A DNA stretch of 64,000 nucleotides from Eledone cirrhosa (GCA_964016885.1 OZ024757.1:15314001-15378000); one strand, 5' to 3'; positions 12,315 to 26,439 are shown, numbered from the stretch's first letter. Made by a program: numbers and translations. The notes: generated from the sequence alone by a model not told the origin.

Positions 12315-13260
12315 AAATGTTTTGGGGAAGAGGAAAAGTCAATTGAATCAGCCCCAGTGCGTTACTGGTACTTTATTTTATAGATCTAAGGATGAAAGGC
12401 AAAGCTGACCTTGCCTTTTATGTTTACAGGGTCGATAAAATAAAGTATCAATGATGCACTGGGGTCGATTAATATTGACTTTCTCCTTGCTCAAAATTCT
12501 TGGTCTTGTGCCTAAGTATTAATAATAATAATGGTTTCTACTTTAGGCACAAGGCCAGCAATTACCCAGTGCATTACTGGTACTTTATTTATCAACCCCG
12601 TAAGGATGAAAGGCAAAGTCAACCTCGGCGGGATTTGAACTCAGATCGTAAAGGGACGTAACTATGCTGGAAAGCATGGCGTCCGACCCTCTACCGATAC
12701 TGCCAATCCACTGCCCTTTAATAAATAATAATGGTTTCTGATTTAGGCACAAGGCCAACAACTTTGGAGGAAGAGAAAGTTGTGTTACTGGTATTTCATT
12801 TTATTGACCCAGAAAGGATGAAAGGCAAAGCTAACTTTGGAGGGATTTGAACTCAGAACATAAAGTGCCATAACTATGCTGCAAAGCATTTTGTCTGACT
12901 CTCAACTGATACTGTAGTATTAATAATAACAATAATAATGATTTCTATTATAGGCACAAGGCCAGCAATTTAGGGGAGAGAAAAACCGATTAAATCGACC
13001 TTAGAGCATTACTGGTGCTTTATTTTATCGACCCTGTGATGATGAAAGGCAAAACTAACCTCACCGGGATTGGAACTCAGAATGTAAAGGGTCATAACTC
13101 TATACTGTGAAGCATGTTGTTTGATGCTCTTCCTATTTAATAATAATAATGACTTCTGATTTAGGCACAAGGTGACCTCAGCGGGATTTGAAGAGAGAAC
13201 ACAAAGGGACATAACTACATGCTACAAAGCATGTTGTCCAATGCCCTATCAATACTAAGA
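12315..13260. mobile_element. Cluster of ~6 SINE family 1 copies/fragments in mixed orientation
   Basis: Repeated ggatgaaaggcaaag core and its reverse complement. Confidence 0.85.
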
Positions 13261-13885
13261 ATTATGAATGTAATGTATGATACAAATTTTGAGCACGGTG
13301 TGGTGTATTTTATTTGGAGCAGAAATTTCTAACATTTTACCATTGTGACACATTTTTGAAAAATCAATAACCACTTTGACCTATTTTTAAATATTGAAAT
13401 AAAAAACATTCTACAAAAAATTTAATACTATTAACATTTGTTACAATTCTTAGGGAAATATTCTCCAGTTTTTGTTAGCGTTAAATATTGTATTGTAATC
13501 AGAGGTGTCAGATATATTTCATAAAATGTAGCTCAAAATTTTTAAAGAGTAATAAATTGTGTTAGTAGGTAGATCAAAATGTATATATATATATACATAC
13601 ATAGATATAAACATATATATATATGTGCATACATACATACATATATATATATATATGATGATGATAATATATATATACACACATACATATAAACATATAT
13701 ATGCATACATACATATATATATATAAGTTTATCCCAGTTTCAATTGGGGGTAACCAAAGTAAGTAAGGTATTCAATACAAAGGGCTTCCTGATGATTTCT
13801 CCTGAATCAAACAGTTCTAGTCCTGTAGAAGCCTTTTCTATATTAAATATATATATACATTCATACACATATATATACATATATA

Positions 13886-14226
13886 TGGAGGCACATGGCT
13901 TAGTGGTTAGAGCATTGGCCTTGCAATCGAAAGGTTGTGAGTTCAATCCTCAGACCAGGTGATGCGTTGTTTCCTTGAGCAAGACACTTTATTTCACATT
14001 GCTCCAGTTTACTCAGCTGGAGAAATGAGATGATAGGGACTGGGGTCCCTATCATTCCACTGCAAAGTGGTCGTGGAGGTGCCACGGCAAAAAGGCACCC
14101 AGCACTCACTGTAAATGAGGTTGGTGTTAGGAAGGCATCCAGCTGTAGAAATCAAGCCAGAATCAGTTCCCGTCCCACCCTTGCAAGCAGGGAAAAAGCA
14201 GACGTAAAATGAAATGAAATGATGAT
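13886..14226 (+). mobile_element. tRNA-derived SINE family 2 (CORE-like centre, (ATG)n tail)
   Basis: tggcttagtggttagagc A-box, gagttcaatcc B-box, ccttgagcaagacacttta centre; near-identical copy at 43684. Confidence 0.88.
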
Positions 14227-14609
14227 ATATTCTCAGGGAATCAGGGAAATGGGAAAACTTGGCCTATGGAAGCTGTTAGAACAGCAAAATACCGTTGAAA
14301 TATTACCTCGAAGGACAGAGATCGGCGGCTAGGTGTGAGTTTATTCGAAGGAAGGAACAGAAGATAGGATGGAGGAAAAAGAATGGATGGAAGCGAACAG
14401 GTCACAAATATTAAAATATGCCCTTCAGATCTCAACCTCCTGCAGGTTCGACGAATTAATTCATTAAAACTTACAGTGTGTGTGCTGGGTACTTTTTGAC
14501 ATGACACCTACACAACTACTTTACTGTGTGGGTTGGATATGTTTTGTTTACAGTGTAAAGATCGAGTGGACAGGAGTGAGTAGGTGTAGTGGTTAAGAGT
14601 ATCTATCTA

Positions 14610-14653
<44 letters not shown>

Positions 14654-14922
14654 TTGGCAGAGTCGCTAATTCGTCAGATAAAATGCTTTCCAGTATTCAT
14701 CCTCCCCCTCTTTGTGTGCTCCAAGTTCAAATCCTGCTGTGGTCAACTTTGCTTTTCATCCTTTCGAGGTTGATAAAAAAATACCAGTCCAGTACTGGGG
14801 TTGATTCTTGCTCTAGAGAAAAAAATCGGCTTTGTTCCAGCCTGGAGAGGGTTGGGCTCCGCCAGGTTTGAAAGTGCCCTAGACACACCGTATGACTCCA
14901 CAAGGAGTTATGGGATCTTTAT

Positions 14923-14956
<34 letters not shown>

Positions 14957-15014
14957 AGAGAGAGAAAGAGTAGTAGTAGTTACATAGGTGCTGGTGAGAA
15001 TGTGAGATACTTAC

Positions 15015-15104
15015 ATTTGATAAAACGTTAGTTGTTACAACGTCTATTATGCTTCCGATGACAATTATAAAGTCGAACAGATTCCATCTATCTCGGAAAT
15101 AGTT
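15015..15104 (-). CDS. Cav2: Cav2 exon IVS3 (NYFRDRWNLFDFIIVIGSIIDVVTTNVLSN)
   Basis: cttttag / gtaagt, 90 nt. Confidence 0.97.
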
Positions 15105-15539
15105 CTAAAAGACAAAACAAAATTATAAGAAATCTTCCATTTTGAAATAGTTTTATGTGTCATTTTACAATATACATTTATACTTTCGATAGTTATTACA
15201 AATTTAAATTGTTGCAAGAAGAACAAAATTGTTTATTAATAGAGTTCATGCTTAGATTTAAAGTTGTTAGCTAGAATTATTTTTACAATATTTTGCATAA
15301 GCCTTGCTGGTATTTACATGCTAGATTAAAATATATTCAAATGTTCTCTGACTTCAATCTATTTTACAAATAATAAGAATATTAGTCTAACAACACAGTT
15401 GAATAATTGTATCTTGACTCATTTCTTGTAGAGAGAAAGAAACTTATATTATAATGCAACAGAAAAAAAAGAAGAAAAAACACAAAAAAAACAACAACCC
15501 AGAGCTAATTAATTAAAAATTTCAAACTAAAATGATTAT

Positions 15540-15766
15540 TTAACCCTTTAGCATTTAAACCGGTTGTATCTGGCCATAATTCTCTCACATCTTTCTGTTT
15601 AAACTGGCTCTAACAGCCTGCTCATACTAATGTTCAGGTATTGTCCTCAAAATAAATAACATCAAAATTTCATAGATTCAATATTATCTGAGATAATTAT
15701 GTAAGATAAAGCTTTTACCATGAAATTACAATAGTATAAAGAGTAATATAAATGCTAAAGGGTTAA
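15540..15766 (+). mobile_element. TTAA-flanked (piggyBac-type) MITE family A; other copies ~7679-7893 (inverted), 16550-16760, 23457-23657, 26980-27196, 41000-41550, 49421-50118, 52580-52778, 53793-54012
   Basis: TIR TTAA-CCCTTTAGCATTTA ... TAAATGCTAAAGGG-TTAA with a shared interior. Confidence 0.88.
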
Positions 15767-16004
15767 GGTCAATTCTAAATAGCAATACATTGTGAAGAAA
15801 CTGGCACGCTAAGAATAAAAATGAGATATATGAAGACAGTAGAACTAACATGGTCTTGCTGTTAACAAAAATAACACAATCATAAAAATTAAATAATTAT
15901 CAAATTATTGAGTAGGTAAGATCAATTTTTAAGAAATCTAAATCCAAAAGAGAAAAAAAAAAAAAAATTTTAAATACAATTTGAAACATGAGTCAAAATT
16001 ATAG

Positions 16005-16268
16005 AATTGGGTAATATTATAGAACACCCCCTCCCTTGATTTCAATTTTTTCCTTGTTTTTTCGATGAGCTATCAACTAATCTAGCCTCCAAGATCCTTA
16101 CAATAAACTTCCCCCTCCCTCCGTTTTTTGGAAAAAAAAGTTAATTGCGAGCATCTTGGAGGTTAGATTACTTGATAGCACATGTAAAAGAAAAAGAAAA
16201 AAAAAACGAGAAAAAATATGTTTTCCTGCTCAAATGCAGAGGGGTGTTGTTCTATAAATTTACCCATA
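16005..16268. mobile_element. Imperfect palindromic MITE-like element
   Basis: Nested inverted segments: gctatcaactaatctagcctccaagat / atcttggaggttagattacttgatagc, and gggtaatattatagaacacccc / ggggtgttgttctataaatttaccc. Confidence 0.6.
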
Positions 16269-17352
16269 GTTGTTGGTCTATCTATCTATTAGATATTTAA
16301 TTCTAACTGAAGAGGTGAGTGATTCAACTATCATTCATGTGGAACTTTAACAATTATATAATCTCTTAACATCCTGCAAAGATTTAAGAAAAAATGTCTA
16401 AAAACAAGTTAGTTAATTCAAATGTTTACAGTATCTTTACTGGTGGTCATATTGTTGTGAAAATTTGGAGTATTAGATTAAAGACTTTAATATTTAATGT
16501 GATGTAGTCAATTGTATTCAAAATAATGCTGCATATGCAAGATTGTCAATTAACCCTTTAGCATTTAAACCAGCTGTATCTAGCCAAGATTCTCTCTCCA
16601 CCTTCTGCCCAAACCGGTCATAACAGGCTGCTCATACTGACATTAAGGTATTTTTCTCAAAATAAATAATATCAGAATCTCACAGATTTTATATGAGATA
16701 AAGTGTTTACTCTGAAAATAAAATAGTAAATATAGAGTAATGTAAATGCTAAAGGGTTAACTCATACAACCATTTTATGATTTTTCAGAAAATATCTAAA
16801 TACAGGTTTATTCATTTAAATGTATCTTTACTAGTAGAGTGATCATTGTGAAAATGTGCAGTTTTAGAGTAAAGACAGTAATTTTAAATGTGATGCAGTC
16901 ATAGTGATATTTTGTACTTATTAAGAATGCCTTGCTAATGTGGTTTTATGTGGTTTATAAATTGAAGCATTTGTTTTACTATTGGGTATGTTGTCATGAA
17001 AATGTGCAGTGTTGGAATATAGATAGTAATATTGAATGTGGTGCAGTCCTAGTGATGTTTTGTTCTTTTCAAGAATGCCTCACTAATGTGGCTTCATGTA
17101 GTACAGGATGTTAAGAGTTAAATACAGGTAAGATTGAAACTGTTATAAACAGAAATAATGAACCAATAAAAATATGTATTAATGTATTAAATGGATAAAA
17201 GAAGATATAACGACATGTTGGTATAAAAATTGTTTTAGTAGAATAAGATTTCAGACAGAGAAACACATGAAAGCTACTTAGACTAATAATATTAGCATGC
17301 AGAATACTGTCAATATTAATTTTTAATCTATGAAATTAAAGAAATGCTAAAA

Positions 17353-17409
<57 letters not shown>

Positions 17410-18552
17410 TAATAAAAAGATTAGAAAGAAATTATGAAACTTGAAAAAGTTTTACAAATTAAATGGTTTGACTATTTAAAATATTTTAGACAGAGACTAA
17501 ATATTGAATAAAGAACGTTTGAAAAATGTAAAAAAATAAGAAAAAAATTCAACAACAAAAATCAAAGCATATGGCACAATGAGCAAGCACTGCATGCAGT
17601 ACAACATATAATTGAGAACAGTCACGTTTTCTTTTTTCTTTCTGTATTTTTCTTTTTTGGTTTTGTTTTTTGTTATTAAAATTTTTTTTAAAATATATAT
17701 ATACTCCTTAGCCAAATAAAAGAGCAACACAGCGGTTGCTTAAATTAAGAATAATAGACACAAAGCACTAGTTTGAAACCTAGACTGTTGAGGTTGCATA
17801 AGATTACGGTGTCACTGCCACATGTAAATTACGGAGGACAGAGCACAGACGACACCAAGTATTGAAACTCAAAGCTAACGAACAAGGAAAGAGCTACAAC
17901 TTGTAGAATGATCTCTGATGATACAGAATATATTGCGAATACAATAAACAAAAATGGTGGATTACTTTTATTTTTTCAACAGAGAACCAAGAGATTTGGT
18001 ACAAAACAACATTTTTTTTTGTTTATGGAAGCAAACAATATTGGAAAACCTTAGTGTTACCCCTTTCAAGATATTTGAATAATATTTAGAAGTTTTTCTT
18101 TTTAAATTGGGAATAAAGTGGAAAGTTTCAAGACAATTATTAAAGAAATATATATTTTTTCAAGTTAATTTATAATTTATAGAATTACAGAATTCTTATA
18201 GTTTTGAATCTCAAAACAGAAAACAATGGACAATTTCCTTTCAACAAAACAGCACCATGTATATTCTTTGACTTTAAACCAAAAATAAAAGCTTGAAACT
18301 TATTTTGTGTACAGTTAGACAAATCTCAATGAGAGTTAAGAGCAGTTTAGAAATAAGTAAATATTTAAATATTGGCTGCCTTAATTGGACTGTCACTTTA
18401 TATTTATATATATATATATTGTTATATTTAGGGAGGGTCATGTTGTCCTAATATTGCAAAAAATAGTAAAACACACTCACTGTTTGGTTTGGTTTAACAC
18501 TTCACCTAACAACCTTACAAAAGGGGAACAAATTATTATCATTATTATTATT

Positions 18553-19112
18553 AGGGTGGTGGATTGGCAGAATTGGTAGAGCATCAGATAAAATGCATTG
18601 TAGTATTTATTCTTGCTCTTTTACATTCTGAGTTCAAATCGCACTGAGGTTAACTTTGCCTTTCATCCTTCCAGGATTGATAAAATAAAGTACCAGTTAA
18701 GTACTGGGATTGATTTAATCAGCTTTTCCCTTCCTCGAAATTTGCTCAATTTATCACTTAGGATTCTGGTAGAAATTTGAAATTGGGGATCCTAAGTTTT
18801 TTTATGAAAGCTGTAAAGCATTTAGAGACCATGCCTTGTACCCCAATGATGATTGGCATGATTTCTGTCTATATGGTGCTCAGTCCTAATATTAATAATG
18901 GTTTCTGATTTAGACACATGGTCAACAATTTATGGGTAAGGGAAGTTGATTAAATTGACCCTAATGCGTTACTGGTACTTTATTTTATCGACCCTGTAAG
19001 GATGAAAGGCAAAGCTAACCCCGACAGCATCTGAACTCAGAATGCAAAGAGCCATAACTATATGCCACAAAACATTGCCTGATGCTCTACTGACACTGCC
19101 AATCCACAGTCC
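18553..19112. mobile_element. Inverted pair of SINE family 1 copies (+ 18553-18740, - 18895-19112)
   Basis: Homology to other copies. Confidence 0.8.
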
Positions 19113-20157
19113 TTTAATAATAATAGTAATAACAATATTTGTAAAGGTAAAAATGCATGTTTGTTCTTCACATTTAAAACAACTGTATTGATATATATTG
19201 TTAATAAAACTATGAGGTGGAAGGGTTATATTGTTCAGAAGGCTGATTAGGCTAAAGCTTACAGGTTCTGCAGGGACTAGGAGCCCATCAGATCTTTTGC
19301 TGCAGTGGAGTGAAAAATTGAAGTGCCAGAGGGGGTCCTAAATATGTAATAGCCAAGGGGCTTGATCATGAATTAATACAAACTTAGCTGCCAGCTTTAG
19401 TGTGTTGAATACATGAAACGCTAGAAGGGACTTTGAATACGTAATAGCCTAAGGGCCTGGCATTGGGTTAATGCAGCTTGGCTTTCAGCTCTAGTGGGGG
19501 TGAAAGATTGAAGTACCAGATGGTACCCCAAAAATTTGAGAGCCTTGGGGCATGACATTGGGTTAATATCATGTCTTGGTGGTATGAGTTAGTCCTCAAT
19601 GTTTAACCCATGCCAGAAATCTGGCAGTATAACGGCCAAGTTGAAAATTAAATTGTAAATGGTCAAACAGATGCATGTATGTGAGATAGATAGATAGAGA
19701 GATATTTAGATAGATATGGGAGAGGGAAAAGAGAGAAGGGGAGAAAGAGAGATAGAAAGAGAAAAATATTTTTTTTTTTAAAAACTAAAATAGTTAATGC
19801 AGAAATTGCTGCCGAGAAATAGATTTACAATAAGATTATTTTTCAAGACTGAAATATTTTTTTATGGTGGAATATTTTAGAAAGAGAAACTGTTCGTTGT
19901 TTTCTTAACTGAATTAAAATTCAACACTCAAAAATGTTAAGCCAAATACAAGAATAATGAATTCTTGGAAGCAATCCTTATAATTTTCTAGTAGGGATTC
20001 TTCTAAATCAGTGATTCTCAAATAGAGAAAATTTGGCACACAGGGGAGAAATTTAGTCAAGGGACAAATTAGAGAAGAATAGTATATTGTGTATATAACA
20101 AGTGGAATACTAATTTATAATTTACCCAAACCTAAGGTTGATCACATATTAACAGCT

Positions 20158-20231
<74 letters not shown>

Positions 20232-20623
20232 GAGAGAGAAAGAGTAGGTGTGTGAGTCTGTGTGGGTGAGACTAGGGAGACAAGAAATCATGGGAGTACC
20301 CAATGCAGAGTGGATATAAAGATAGGTGTAATCCCAACTGTGGCACCAAGCGGTCTTTCTCTCTCGCTATTTATTTATATACATATATATATTTATACAT
20401 ACATATGTATATATATATATTTATTAAAACGGGATCTTCTGAAGATCCCGTTAAGAGTGAAAGCACCGATTCTTTGCTTAAACTTTAATCTGTTATTTTA
20501 ATAAATATTTACTCTACAGTTCTTATATATTTGATATATATTTATCCTTATCGAGCCCTCTTTGGATTTTAGTCTTCAAATTTATTATTATTACTATATA
20601 TATATATATATATAAAGATGTGA

Positions 20624-20663
<40 letters not shown>

Positions 20664-21477
20664 ATGTGAGAAAATATATATATATAAAGATGTGAGAAAA
20701 ACCACAGACCCTCCATCTCAACTCTACTTTTGAAAAGCAGAAGAACTGCGAAACCAGTAAAGGAACCAAATAAATATATATATATATTTTTAAATAAGAC
20801 TCCAGTTGCATTTTTGATTTCATATTTTTTTCTTTATACTTTCACTCATGTAGGACACCTCGGTTATTTTTCATTTTGTAAAAAAACCTCACTTTCTAAT
20901 ATATATATATCATCATCATCATCATCATCATCAGCGTTTAACGTCCGTGTTCCACGCTTGCATGGGTTTGGACGGGGGTAGTCCCACTTGAGGCAAGAGT
21001 GATTGTCTTGCTCGCATAGGACTGTCTGGCAGGTTTTCTACAGTTGGATGCCCTTCCTAACACCAACCACATTTACAGTGTGGGTCTGGGAGGTTTTTAC
21101 CGTGTTGCCTACACGGCCACATTACAGCGTGGACTGTGTGTTTTTTTGTCGTGACACCTACACGATCTCATTTGTTTCGGCCTCGATGGCGCGGCACCAA
21201 CATAACTTTACATAGAACGGGGTGGTGTGGATCGGGTGGGGGTGGTGGGACGGGGTGTATTTGTTAGAGATGCCTACTGGCTGGAGTAGGTTTTACTATG
21301 TATATATATATATATTGTTATACTTTGGGAGGGTCATGTTGCCAATAAGAAACACACGCACCAGTTGCTTTCACTTCAATTTATTATATATTTATAAATT
21401 TATAAATTTACAAATTTACAAACTTATAAATTTCTGGTTGGTTGGTTGGTTCCACAACCAGATAGTTGTTTATATAT

Positions 21478-21522
21478 AGTCATAGTCCTTTCGTCACACA
21501 CTCTGTGACCTCTTCAGTGACT
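21478..21522 (-). ncRNA. Minimal type I hammerhead motif
   Basis: agtca-CTGAAGA-g-gtcaca(gagtg)tgtgac-GAAA-ggac-TA-tgact. Confidence 0.7.
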
Positions 21523-22497
21523 GGGGATTCCTTTCTTATATCGGTTTCAACACACGATTTCAGATAAAGATTCTTGCTAAACAAATTCAGAAACGATATA
21601 TATATATATATATATATAATCAACAACTGCTGCTTCAGACTTAATCCAGTTTAGGACTATACAGTTATTGAGGGTTGGAAAGCGTGCTCACATCAATATA
21701 GCAGATGGATGAACAATTACGAGATAGCAATTGAAAATTGGGCGGACTTGAAGAAACCTGGGATTGCAAAGGGAAAGGATGTGACCAAGATCTCTGAGAA
21801 CCACTGCTCTATATTATTAACACTTAATACTTTCTATTTTTCAAGAATGTCTTTCTAATGCAGTTTCATGTGGTACAGGGTGTTAAGGATTGAAGGGAAG
21901 AATAAAAACAGTTTCAAGATTGGAATTTTCAATATTGAGTATATGTGGTTTGGGTTTTAGCTAATTAGTATATTGTCATAAAGTGTTTTCATTAAATTGT
22001 ATGATTTACAACTGGTGTCTGAGGTATGAATACAATCACTAAATATATATCACATGCATACACACACATAGTTATATGTGTATGTGTGTGTGTATATATA
22101 TATATGTATAGATAGATAGATAGATATATGAAAAATTCAGGACTTCAACTGCTAGATCTGAACTCAACTGTTGAAACAGTAGAGCTCAGCCGTTGGGGTC
22201 CTGAATTTTTCATACTACCAACTCTACTACCCTAAGTATCGGGTACTGTGGTGAGTAATGGTCTAATTTGTTTTTACCACCCCCATTCTGATATATATAT
22301 AGATATATATATATGAGATTATAGTGTGTTAGTTCACTATTTTCATTGGTAAGATAAGTTAAGCTCTTAAGATAAGTTAATGCCTCTTTTACACTTCTTT
22401 CTTCTGGACCGAATAGTTATAGTAGCCGAGCATTTATAATTCAACATTCAGTAAGACCAAGGATTAATATTATTGTTATTCTTACTGAATTTCGAAT

Positions 22498-22530
<33 letters not shown>

Positions 22531-23099
22531 ATGTATATATGTATATATGTGTGTGTGTATGATATTTATTTAGTGATTGTACTCATACCTCAGACACCAG
22601 TTTATATATTTACACACACACATATATGTGTGTGTGTGTGTGCGTGTATATATATATATATATGTATGTGTGTGCATATGTGTGTATATGCAAAGTCGAA
22701 TCAAATTGAGTAGATCACTTAAAAGTACAAACAAACAAAATATCTGGAAGACAAATGATGCAATGACGGAGGAAAGAAAAACCCCCTTTAATATGCTATA
22801 ATCATCATAGCAAGACAAATAATTCACTTAAAATACTGAGCAGGCTGTAGCTGTTCCCTTTTTGAAAATACTGCAGGAACATCATTGAAATATTTACCAC
22901 AAATATGAGGCATGCAGCAACAGATAAGTTAGAAACGAGAAGTAAGAACTGTTGTCACAAAATTATGATAACTGACTGAAGAATACCTAATGTGAGATGC
23001 TGCCAAATTTTGAAAATATAGCAACAGAAATTGAACAATTTGTTTTTTTCTTTTCTTGAAATATCTATATATATTTTCTTGTTGTTCCATCTTATTAGC

Positions 23100-23163
<64 letters not shown>

Positions 23164-24689
23164 GGATGATGAGGAAGATGAGAAAGAAGAGAAACAGGTG
23201 GTGGAGAAAAGGGAAAGTATGATTCATTGCATTATTGATTTCTGATAGTATTGATCTCTTGGAGACACTAAGGGGAGAATGAGTACATTCAATTGGTCAG
23301 AATTTATTTTCTTGACTACCCGCCACCCCTGGGTGGAGAAAATACCAAAGCTAACCTTGGTAGGATTTAAAATTGTTATATATAAAGATCTGTAACTAAA
23401 TACTGTAAATATTTTGTTCAATAAGTTGTTAATTCTGCCAACACACCCTCAAATCTTTAACCCTTTAGCATTTACACCAGCCATATATGACCAAAATTCT
23501 CTCACTACTTTCTGTTCAAATTGGCCATAACTGGCCACTCATACTGACATTAAGGTATTGTTCTCAAAATAAATATTAACATCATCAAAATCTCATAGAT
23601 TCCATATCATGTGAGATAATTGCAAATAAAATAGTAATGTAAATGCTAAAGGGTTAAAACACTTTTGAGAATAAACTGTTTAAAACCAGCCCTGGTTCTA
23701 TGATAGAAACAGTTTATTTTAAAGTATATTTATCTAAAAAGTGCCATCATAATTTTATGTAAGAACCTTATTTAAATTATGCTCCAAACACTAGCTTAAC
23801 ACTTTTAACACAAAACCATCTGAAACCAGTCCTGCTTCTATGATATAAAACTTCTTTTTCTTCTTCACCCACTTATTATTTAGTGGGTTGTGGGGGCAGA
23901 GTTCTCAGAGGTGTCTTATCAGAAGCAACCATCTCCAAATGATCTGGCTGGATGCCCATCCAAGATCAACTGAGTACATGGATATTATCCAACATGATAC
24001 AAAGTTGTTTATATTTATCTAAAAATGCGCCATCATGATTTTTTGTAAGAACTTTTGTTAAATTATGCTTAACCCTTTTGATTCCAAAATGCCTGAACTC
24101 ACTCCTGCTTCTACAGTGTTTATATTTATCTAAAACCTATTGTGATTTTATGTAAGAACCTTTGTTAAAAGGTGCTCCAAACACTGGTTTGATAATGCAA
24201 AAGTGAGTTATGTTACAAAATACATCCAAATTCTTTATTATTTTCAAAATTACATGAAAATCATTAGAGTCTCTTCACAAAAGTTAATCAGAATGGTAAG
24301 GATGAAAGGCAAAGCTAACCTCGGCATTATTTGAAATCAGAATGTAAAGGACATAACTCTATGCTGCAAAGCATGTTGTCCGACGCCCCACCAGCTCTGC
24401 CAATTGTTGTAGTAACAAGAATGCTTAAAGTCTCAAAAATGTGCTCAAACATAACTACTTCTCTGATACAGGCCCATTTATATAAAGAAATGGCATGGTT
24501 TGATATACTTAAAGAAAATACTTACAGTTTAGGGAAATGGAATGAAAGCAAGTTCTATAACTCTAGGGATTCTTTCAGAGGGCAAATTCTCTTTTGTAAC
24601 ATTTACAATATATACATATATATATATATGTACATTTATATACATACATACATATATATATCTACACACGTATATATATATATATCTAC

Positions 24690-24726
<37 letters not shown>

Positions 24727-24812
24727 TATATATATATACACATATATATATACATACATATATATATATATACACACATACAAATATATGTATATACACA
24801 TACATATATATG

Positions 24813-24850
<38 letters not shown>

Positions 24851-25142
24851 CATTCATATATATATGTAGGTACATATATATATATATACATATATATATA
24901 CATATATATATATATATATGTAAAAGTTCTATTTAAATTGTTGGGATACAATAAGCAAATATTTTTATAACTGATATAAAGCACTTAACAAATATTTGGA
25001 GTAAACATACTAATATCGTATATATATATATATATTGATATAGATTTTGAGTATATGTTGGTTGTATACCAACACCTTAGTATGCAGGCTGGAGCACTCA
25101 ACGAAGTGCGCAGGTTGGTTTGGTTACTCCGGAGTAATGTAA

Positions 25143-25598
25143 AATAAAGTTAAATAAAAAGTCAAATGTTTAAAATTTAGCTTCGTTTATTACTGCTATA
25201 TATATTTCAGTGACAGCCATCTTTGGCTGTGACCTCTTCAGGCAGTCCGAATTAGTGTGGTATAGACAAGTACATATGTTGTTGAGGTGTATAATATTGT
25301 CAATACTCTGATATGCCCACTTCCTGGTTGGGTTGTTATTTCACAAGGAACTGGAATTATATGAATCATATGATTCCAGTTCCTCAGTGAAATAACAACC
25401 CAACCAGGAACTGGGCATATCAGAATATTGACAAAGTTAAACACCACAACAACATATGTACTCGTCTCTACCACACTAATTCGGACTGCCTGAAGAGGTC
25501 ACAGCCAAAGATGGTTGTCACTGAAATTCACTGAAATATATATAGCAGTAATAAACGAAGCTAAATTTTAAACATTTGACTTTTTATTTAACTTTATT
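25143..25598. mobile_element. ~455-bp palindromic Penelope-like remnant with a hammerhead on each arm
   Basis: Arms are reverse-complementary around ~25365; flanked by (TA)n. Confidence 0.75.
25192..25246 (-). ncRNA. Minimal type I hammerhead ribozyme motif (Penelope-like)
   Basis: actgc-CTGAAGA-ggtcacagcc(aaagat)ggctgtcact-GAAA-tatata-TA-gcagt, followed by AATAAA. Confidence 0.8.
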
Positions 25599-26197
25599 AT
25601 ATATATATATATTGATATTAGTGTGGAGCTGTTTTGTAAACCTTTTCTGTGACATGACAGGGAATGATGGACAAAATAGTGAACAAAAGAAAGAGAATGA
25701 AGTCTGTTTTTCTCTGGACCTTAAAGAACAACTTATAAAAAATATAATAAATAAATGCTGGCAGTTCTCAACTAGTCAGTTTGAAAGTGGATAGACAAAA
25801 TGAAGCCAGAAATATGATCAGCTGTACAGTGACACAGTATAACTGACAACAGTGTTAACAACACAAGACATACTGACACAGAGTTTCAGAAAATAAATAG
25901 CACACTGATTGAGAGATGTGGAGGAGGAGGAGAAGGAGGAGGTGGTGGTGGTGGTGGTGACGGTGGTGGTGGTGGCGGCGGTGGTGGTGGTGGTGGTGGT
26001 GGAGGAATATAGTAGTAGCAATAATAATAATAATAGTAGTAGTAGTAGTAGTATGAGGATCAGGAGGAGATAGACAGGTGTTGAGATGGCCGGGGTGTGG
26101 TTGGTTGGTGGGTGGAGGGTGGCGACGGCACAGGGCATGGAAAAAAACTGAGCAAATATAAAGTGTGCTTCATGACAACACAATCACTGAGCATATA

Positions 26198-26253
<56 letters not shown>

Positions 26254-26401
26254 CAGATAGATAGATAGATATGTATTTGTGTGTGTATGCATACATGTGC
26301 CTACATATATAAATATGATATATATAATATATATAATACATTTTTTATATATATATCTATAAATATATATAAATATACATGTATATGTATATATATATAT
26401 G

Positions 26402-26439
<38 letters not shown>

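Noticed and set aside
13886-13965. tRNA-like sequence (also 43684, 47948, 57365)
   Set aside because: SINE heads continuing into SINE bodies; no complete cloverleaf
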